Source: Escherichia phage ELT1. From it: a DNA stretch of 64,000 bases. The notes below the pieces were generated by a model that made no database searches, was not told the DNA's origin, and saw only the letters and a program-made list of their open reading frames with translations. Shown here in pieces: positions 58,005 through 64,000 of the stretch. The number at the start of each line of letters is the position of its first letter. Position 1 is the first letter of the stretch. The stretch lies in the sequence record MZ892903.1; one strand, given 5' to 3'. Both the position numbers and the translations under genes were made by a program.

Positions 58005-58016
58005 TATTTATAAATA
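58005..58016. promoter_or_regulatory. bidirectional late promoter TATTTATAAATA (TATAAATA on both strands) between genes 26 and 51
   Basis: 12-mer is its own reverse complement; lies in the 50-bp divergent intergenic region. Confidence 0.55.
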
Positions 58017-58033
58017 GAATAAAAGGAGCATCT

Positions 58034-58783
58034 ATGGCAAACATTATTCGTTGTAAATTACCAGATGGTGTTCATCGTTTTAAACCATTTACGGTAGAAG
58101 ATTATCGAGATTTTTTGTTAGTTCGAAACGATATAGAACATCGGTCACCACAAGAACAAAAAGAAATAATTGCTGATTTAATTGCCGATTATTTTGGAGA
58201 CTATCCGAAGACTTGGCAACCATTTATATTTTTGCAGGTATTTGTAGGGTCAATAGGTAAAACTAAAGTACCGGTCACATTTGTATGTCCAAAATGTAAA
58301 AAAGAAAAGACAGTTCCATTTGAAATATATCAAAAAGAATTAAAGGAACCTGTTTTTGATGTAGCTAATGTTAAAATTAAATTAAAGTTTCCTTCTGAGT
58401 TTTATGAAAATAAAGCAAAGATGATTACTGAAAATATTCATTCCGTTCAAGTAGATGAAATGTGGTATGATTGGAATGAAATTAGCGAATCAAGTCAAAT
58501 AGAACTTGTTGATGCCATCGAGATAGAAACATTAGAAAAAATTCTCGATGCAATGAATCCTATTAATTTAACATTGCATATGTCATGTTGTAATAAGTAT
58601 GTAAAAAAATACACTGATATAGTAGATGTGTTTAAGCTATTAGTTAACCCAGATGAAATATTTACTTTTTATCAAATTAATCACACACTCGTAAAAAGTA
58701 ATTATAGCTTAAATTCAATAATGAAAATGATTCCTGCTGAGCGCGGATTCGTATTAAAACTGATTGAGAAGGATAAACAATAA
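58034..58783 (+). CDS. 51: baseplate hub assembly catalyst gp51
   Basis: 249 aa; synteny. Confidence 0.85.
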   Translation: MANIIRCKLPDGVHRFKPFTVEDYRDFLLVRNDIEHRSPQEQKEIIADLIADYFGDYPKTWQPFIFLQVFVGSIGKTKVPVTFVCPKCKKEKTVPFEIYQKELKEPVFDVANVKIKLKFPSEFYENKAKMITENIHSVQVDEMWYDWNEISESSQIELVDAIEIETLEKILDAMNPINLTLHMSCCNKYVKKYTDIVDVFKLLVNPDEIFTFYQINHTLVKSNYSLNSIMKMIPAERGFVLKLIEKDKQ

Positions 58784-59958
58784 TGAGTATGTTGCAACGC
58801 CCAGGATATCCAAATCTCAGCGTTAAATTGTTTGATAGCTATGACGCTTGGAGTAATAATAGATTTGTTGAATTAGCTGCTACTATTACTACATTAACTA
58901 TGCGGGATTCTCTTTATGGCCGAAATGAAGGAATGCTGCAGTTTTATGATTCTAAAAACATCCATACAAAAATGGATGGAAATGAAATAATTCAGATTTC
59001 TGTAGCTAATGCAAATGATATTAATAATGTTAAAACACGAATTTATGGATGTAAGCATTTTTCCGTGTCAGTAGATTCAAAAGGTGATAACATCATTGCT
59101 ATTGAATTGGGAACTATTCATTCTATAGAAAATCTTAAATTTGGTAGACCATTTTTCCCTGATGCAGGTGAATCTATAAAAGAAATGCTTGGCGTCATTT
59201 ATCAAGATCGCACATTATTAACTCCAGCGATAAATGCTATAAATGCTTATGTTCCTGATATTCCATGGACTAGTACATTTGAAAACTATTTGTCATATGT
59301 CAGAGAAGTTGCTCTAGCTGTAGGAAGTGACAAATTTGTATTTGTGTGGCAAGACATCATGGGAGTTAACATGATGGACTATGATATGATGATAAATCAA
59401 GAACCGTATCCAATGATTGTCGGTGAGCCATCTTTAATAGGTCAATTCATCCAAGAATTAAAATATCCATTAGCATATGATTTCGTTTGGTTGACTAAAT
59501 CGAATCCTCACAAACGTGACCCAATGAAAAATGCTACTATCTATGCGCATTCATTTTTAGATTCTTCATTGCCAATGATTACTACAGGAAAGGGCGAAAA
59601 CTCTATTGTAGTGTCAAGGTCAGGTGCTTATTCTGAAATGACTTATAGGAATGGATATGAAGAAGCTATTCGTCTTCAAACTATGGCACAATATGACGGC
59701 TATGCTAAATGTTCTACTGTCGGTAATTTTAACTTGACTCCTGGTGTTAAAATTATTTTTAATGATAGTAAAAACCAATTTAAAACAGAATTTTACGTTG
59801 ATGAAGTTATCCATGAATTATCCAATAATAATTCAGTAACTCATCTATATATGTTCACTAATGCAACGAAACTGGAAACAATAGACCCAGTTAAGGTTAA
59901 AAATGAATTTAAATCTGATACTACCACTGAAGAAAGTAGTTCTTCCAATAAGCAATAA
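58783..59958 (+). CDS. 27: baseplate hub protein gp27
   Basis: 391 aa; synteny. Confidence 0.9.
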   Translation: MSMLQRPGYPNLSVKLFDSYDAWSNNRFVELAATITTLTMRDSLYGRNEGMLQFYDSKNIHTKMDGNEIIQISVANANDINNVKTRIYGCKHFSVSVDSKGDNIIAIELGTIHSIENLKFGRPFFPDAGESIKEMLGVIYQDRTLLTPAINAINAYVPDIPWTSTFENYLSYVREVALAVGSDKFVFVWQDIMGVNMMDYDMMINQEPYPMIVGEPSLIGQFIQELKYPLAYDFVWLTKSNPHKRDPMKNATIYAHSFLDSSLPMITTGKGENSIVVSRSGAYSEMTYRNGYEEAIRLQTMAQYDGYAKCSTVGNFNLTPGVKIIFNDSKNQFKTEFYVDEVIHELSNNNSVTHLYMFTNATKLETIDPVKVKNEFKSDTTTEESSSSNKQ

Positions 59959-60436
59959 AGAAGTTTCTATTCCTAAAATGGGTCTTAAACATTATAACAT
60001 TTTAAAGGATGTTAAAGGTCCTGATGAAAATTTAAAACTTCTTATTGATTCTATTTGTCCGAATTTATCACCGGCAGAAGTTGATTTCGTTTCTATTCAT
60101 TTATTGGAATTTAATGGAAAGATTAAATCTCGTAAAGAAATAGATGGCTATACTTATGACATTAATGATGTTTATGTATGCCAAAGATTGGAATTTCAAT
60201 ACCAAGGAAATACATTTTATTTTAGACCGCCTGGAAAATTTGAACAATTTTTAACTGTGAGCGATATGTTATCTAAATGCTTGCTTAAGGTCAATGATGA
60301 AGTTAAAGAAATTAATTTTCTTGAGATGCCAGCATTCGTTTTAAAATGGGCAAATGATATTTTTACAACTTTAGCAATTCCTGGCCCTAATGGTCCAATA
60401 ACTGGAATTGGCAATATTATTGGATTATTTGAATGA
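59903..60436 (+). CDS. 28: baseplate hub distal subunit gp28
   Basis: 177 aa; synteny. Confidence 0.85.
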   Translation: MNLNLILPLKKVVLPISNKEVSIPKMGLKHYNILKDVKGPDENLKLLIDSICPNLSPAEVDFVSIHLLEFNGKIKSRKEIDGYTYDINDVYVCQRLEFQYQGNTFYFRPPGKFEQFLTVSDMLSKCLLKVNDEVKEINFLEMPAFVLKWANDIFTTLAIPGPNGPITGIGNIIGLFE

Positions 60437-62205
60437 AAAAGCCACAAGAAATGCAAACGATGCGTAGAAAAGTTATTTCAGATAATAAACCAACACAGGA
60501 AGCGGCTAAATCCGCTTCCAACACTTTATCTGGACTTAATGATATATCTACGAAATTGGATGATGCTCAAGCTGCTTCTGAACTAATTGCTCAAACTGTC
60601 GAAGAAAAATCGAATGAAATAATTGGAGCAATTGATAACGTAGAAAGCGCAGTGAGTGATACTACTGCTGGTTCTGAGTTAATTGCTGAAACTGTCGAAA
60701 TTGGCAACAATATTAATAAAGAAATTGGTGAATCACTCGGAAGCAAATTAGATAAATTAACAAGTTTACTGGAGCAAAAAATCCAGACAGCCGGAATTCA
60801 ACAAACAGGAACTAGTTTAGCCACGGTTGAAAGCGCTATTCCTGTTAAAGTTGTTGAGGACGATACAGCTGAATCTGTGGGTCCTTTATTACCGGCTCCT
60901 GAAGCAGTTAATAATGATCCTGATGCTGATTTTTTCCCTACCCCTCAGCCAGTTGAACCTAAACAAGAATCGCCAGAAGAAAAACAGAAAAAAGACGCAT
61001 TTAACTTAAAATTATCTCAAGCTTTAGATAAATTAACAAAGACTGTTGATTTCGGATTTAAGAAATCTATTTCAATTACTGATAAAATATCAAGCATGCT
61101 ATTTAAGTATACCGTCAGTGCTGCTATTGAAGCTGCTAAAATGACTGCAATGATATTGGCTGTTGTTGTTGGAATAGACCTGTTGATGGTTCACTTTAAA
61201 TATTGGTCAGATAAATTTTCGCAGGCTTGGGATTTGTTTAGTACAGACTTTACTAAATTCTCTAGCGAAACCGGAACATGGGGTCCTTTATTACAGAGCA
61301 TCTTTAGTTCTATTGATGAAATTAAAAAGTTCTGGGAAGCGGGAGATTGGGGTGGATTGACGGTAGCTATTGTAGAAGGGCTTGGAAAGGTTCTTTATAA
61401 TTTAGGAGAACTTATTCAGCTTGGAATGGCTAAATTATCTGCTGCAATTCTTCGAGTCATTCCTGGCATGAAGGATACCGCTGATGAAGTAGAAGGAAGA
61501 GCACTAGAAAATTTCCAAAATTCTACTGGAGCATCTCTCAATAAAGAAGACCAGGAAAAAGTTGCAAATTATCAAGATAAACGAATGAACGGAGACCTTG
61601 GTCCGATAGCAAAAGGATTAGATAAAATTGCTAATTGGAAAACTCGTGCATCTAACTGGATTCGTGGCGTTGATAATAAAGAATCACTAACTACCGACGA
61701 AGAACGCGCAGCAGAAGAAGAAAAATTAAAGCAACTTTCACCAGAAGAAAGAAAAAATGCTTTAATGAAGGCTAATGAAGCTCGGGCCGCGATGATTCGT
61801 TTTGAAAAATATGCTGATTCAGCTGATATGAGTAAAGACTCAACGGTTAAATCAGTTGAAGCTGCCTATGAAGACCTTAAAAAACGAATGGATGACCCGG
61901 ATTTAAACAATTCACCGGCAGTTAAAAAAGAACTTGCTGCTAGATTTTCTAAAATTGATGCTACTTATCAAGAGCTCAAGAAAAATCAGCCTAATGCCAA
62001 ACCTGAAACTTCTGCTAAATCGCCAGAAGCAAAACAAGTCCAGGTAATAGAAAAGAACGAAGCGCAGCAAGCTCCTGTTCAGCAAGCATCTCCTTCAATC
62101 AATAATACTAATAATGTTGTTAAGAAAAATACTGTCGTTCATAATATGACACCTGTCACAAGCACAACTGCTCCTGGTGTATTTGATGCGACTGGAGTTA
62201 ATTAA
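60433..62205 (+). CDS. 29: baseplate hub / tail length determinant gp29
   Basis: 590 aa; synteny. Confidence 0.9.
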   Translation: MKKPQEMQTMRRKVISDNKPTQEAAKSASNTLSGLNDISTKLDDAQAASELIAQTVEEKSNEIIGAIDNVESAVSDTTAGSELIAETVEIGNNINKEIGESLGSKLDKLTSLLEQKIQTAGIQQTGTSLATVESAIPVKVVEDDTAESVGPLLPAPEAVNNDPDADFFPTPQPVEPKQESPEEKQKKDAFNLKLSQALDKLTKTVDFGFKKSISITDKISSMLFKYTVSAAIEAAKMTAMILAVVVGIDLLMVHFKYWSDKFSQAWDLFSTDFTKFSSETGTWGPLLQSIFSSIDEIKKFWEAGDWGGLTVAIVEGLGKVLYNLGELIQLGMAKLSAAILRVIPGMKDTADEVEGRALENFQNSTGASLNKEDQEKVANYQDKRMNGDLGPIAKGLDKIANWKTRASNWIRGVDNKESLTTDEERAAEEEKLKQLSPEERKNALMKANEARAAMIRFEKYADSADMSKDSTVKSVEAAYEDLKKRMDDPDLNNSPAVKKELAARFSKIDATYQELKKNQPNAKPETSAKSPEAKQVQVIEKNEAQQAPVQQASPSINNTNNVVKKNTVVHNMTPVTSTTAPGVFDATGVN

Positions 62206-62213
62206 GGAATAAT

Positions 62214-63308
62214 ATGGCAATTGTTAAAGAAATAACTGCTGATTTAATTAAAAAGTCCGGTGAGAAAATTTCAGCCGGACAGAGTACTAAATCAGAAGTA
62301 GCAACTAAAACATACACTGCCCAGTTTCCAACTGGGCGTGCTAGTGGTAATGACACTACAGGGGACTTCCAGGTAACAGATCTATATAAGAATGGATTAT
62401 TATTTACTGCATACAATATGTCATCTAGGGATTCTGGAAGTCTTAGATCGATGAGATCTAACTACTCTTCTTCATCTTCGAGTATTTTAAGTACAGCTAG
62501 AAACACTATTAGTAGTACAGTATCAAAACTATCAAATGGATTAATATCAAACAATAATTCAGGAACAATAAGTAAAGCTCCTGTGGCAAATATTCTTTTA
62601 CCGAGATCTAAATCTGACGTTGATACATCATCACATAGATTTAATGATGTTCAAGAAAGCCTTATCAGTAGAGGCGGAGGTACTGCTACTGGTGTGCTAA
62701 GTAATATTGCTTCAACCGCAGTATTTGGGGCACTGGAAAGTATAACACAAGGTATAATGGCTGATAATAATGAACAGATTTATACGACAGCCAGAAGTAT
62801 GTATGGTGGTGCTGAAAATAGAACTAAAGTGTTTACATGGGATTTGACTCCACGTTCAACAGAAGATTTAATGGCTATTATTAATATCTATCAATATTTT
62901 AACTATTTTTCTTATGGTGAAACAGGTAAATCTCAATACGCTGCTGAAATAAAGGGGTATTTAGATGATTGGTATCGTTCTACGTTAATTGAACCTTTAT
63001 CTCCGGAAGACGCAGCTAAAAATAAAACACTATTTGAGAAAATGACAGCAAGTTTAACGAACGTTCTTGTAGTTTCAAACCCGACAGTTTGGATGGTGAA
63101 AAACTTTGGTGCAACATCTAAGTTTGATGGAAAAACGGAAATATTTGGTCCATGCCAAATACAGAGCATTAGATTTGATAAAACACCTAATGGTAACTTT
63201 AATGGATTAGCTATTGCTCCAAACCTCCCTAGTACATTTACTCTCGAGATTACTATGAGAGAAATTATCACGTTAAACCGTGCTTCTTTATATGCGGGGA
63301 CTTTTTAA
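62214..63308 (+). CDS. 48: baseplate tail tube cap gp48
   Basis: 364 aa; synteny. Confidence 0.9.
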   Translation: MAIVKEITADLIKKSGEKISAGQSTKSEVATKTYTAQFPTGRASGNDTTGDFQVTDLYKNGLLFTAYNMSSRDSGSLRSMRSNYSSSSSSILSTARNTISSTVSKLSNGLISNNNSGTISKAPVANILLPRSKSDVDTSSHRFNDVQESLISRGGGTATGVLSNIASTAVFGALESITQGIMADNNEQIYTTARSMYGGAENRTKVFTWDLTPRSTEDLMAIINIYQYFNYFSYGETGKSQYAAEIKGYLDDWYRSTLIEPLSPEDAAKNKTLFEKMTASLTNVLVVSNPTVWMVKNFGATSKFDGKTEIFGPCQIQSIRFDKTPNGNFNGLAIAPNLPSTFTLEITMREIITLNRASLYAGTF

Positions 63309-64000
63309 TGTATTCTTTAGAGGAATTTAATAATCAAGCAATAAACGCAGATTTCCAACGTAATAATATGTTTAGCTGCGTTTTTGCAACAACTCCATCA
63401 ACTAAAAGCTCTTCGTTGATAAGTTCAATTAGCAACTTTTCTTATAATAACTTGGGCCTAAATTCAAATTGGTTAGGATTAACCCAAGGTGATATTAATC
63501 AGGGAATTACCACGCTAATTACAGCTGGCACACAAAAACTGATAAGAAAATCAGGGGTTAGTAAATATCTTATTGGTGCCATGAGTCAACGTACTGTCCA
63601 GAGTTTATTAGGCTCATTTACAGTTGGTACATATTTAATTGACTTCTTTAACATGGCATATAACTCATCTGGATTGATGATATACTCTGTAAAAATGCCA
63701 GAGAATAGATTATCCTATGAAACTGACTGGAACTATAATTCTCCTAATATTCGTATAACTGGGAGAGAATTAGACCCTTTGGTTATTTCATTTAGGATGG
63801 ATTCAGAAGCTTGTAACTATCGTGCGATGCAAGACTGGGTTAACGCTGTTCAAGACCCAGTAACTGGATTGCGTGCTTTACCACAAGATGTCGAGGCAGA
63901 TATTCAGGTTAATCTTCATGCTCGTAATGGATTACCTCATACTGCTGTGATGTTCACCGGATGCATTCCAGTGTCAGTGAGCGCTCCTGAGTTATCATAT
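63308..64000 (+). CDS. 54: baseplate tail tube initiator gp54 (3' end beyond window)
   Basis: ATG 63308 overlaps gp48 stop (TAATG); open frame to window end (MYSLEEFNNQAINADFQRNNMF...). Confidence 0.85.
   Translation, partial: MYSLEEFNNQAINADFQRNNMFSCVFATTPSTKSSSLISSISNFSYNNLGLNSNWLGLTQGDINQGITTLITAGTQKLIRKSGVSKYLIGAMSQRTVQSLLGSFTVGTYLIDFFNMAYNSSGLMIYSVKMPENRLSYETDWNYNSPNIRITGRELDPLVISFRMDSEACNYRAMQDWVNAVQDPVTGLRALPQDVEADIQVNLHARNGLPHTAVMFTGCIPVSVSAPELSY

Overview
The window is a contiguous segment of a T4-like (T-even, Tequatrovirus-type) myovirus genome, collinear with the T4 map from rI/tk through e, the tRNA cluster and gene 1, into the late structural block and on to gene 54. The first ~17 kb is a minus-strand early/middle block: rI, tk and tk-downstream small ORFs, a macro-domain protein, vs/vs.1, regB, a GrcA-like glycyl-radical protein, an internal head protein, lysozyme e, nudE, small membrane/unknown ORFs, eight tRNAs, an ipI-like protein, 57B/57A and dNMP kinase (gene 1). 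Then come genes 3, 2 and 4 on the minus strand and the plus-strand late block 53, 5, 5.1, 5.4, 6-12, wac, 13-20, 67, 68, 21-24, followed by rnlB, hoc, inh, segE, uvsW, uvsY, 25, 26, 51, 27, 28, 29, 48 and the start of 54. Most structural proteins have the lengths I recall for T4, but lysozyme e differs from canonical T4 lysozyme at three residues, so this is a close relative rather than T4 itself. I did not find a single obvious novel multi-gene system. The most unusual content is four freestanding homing-endonuclease-like genes of three catalytic families (two HNH, one GIY-YIG, one NUMOD3 plus Vsr/DUF559-like), a tRNA set with an Asn(GUU)-type tRNA plus a tRNA-like RNA remnant, a GC-rich host-like GrcA gene, and short variable blocks of unknown early ORFs. 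All identifications rest on reading the translations, motifs and gene order; no database search was run.
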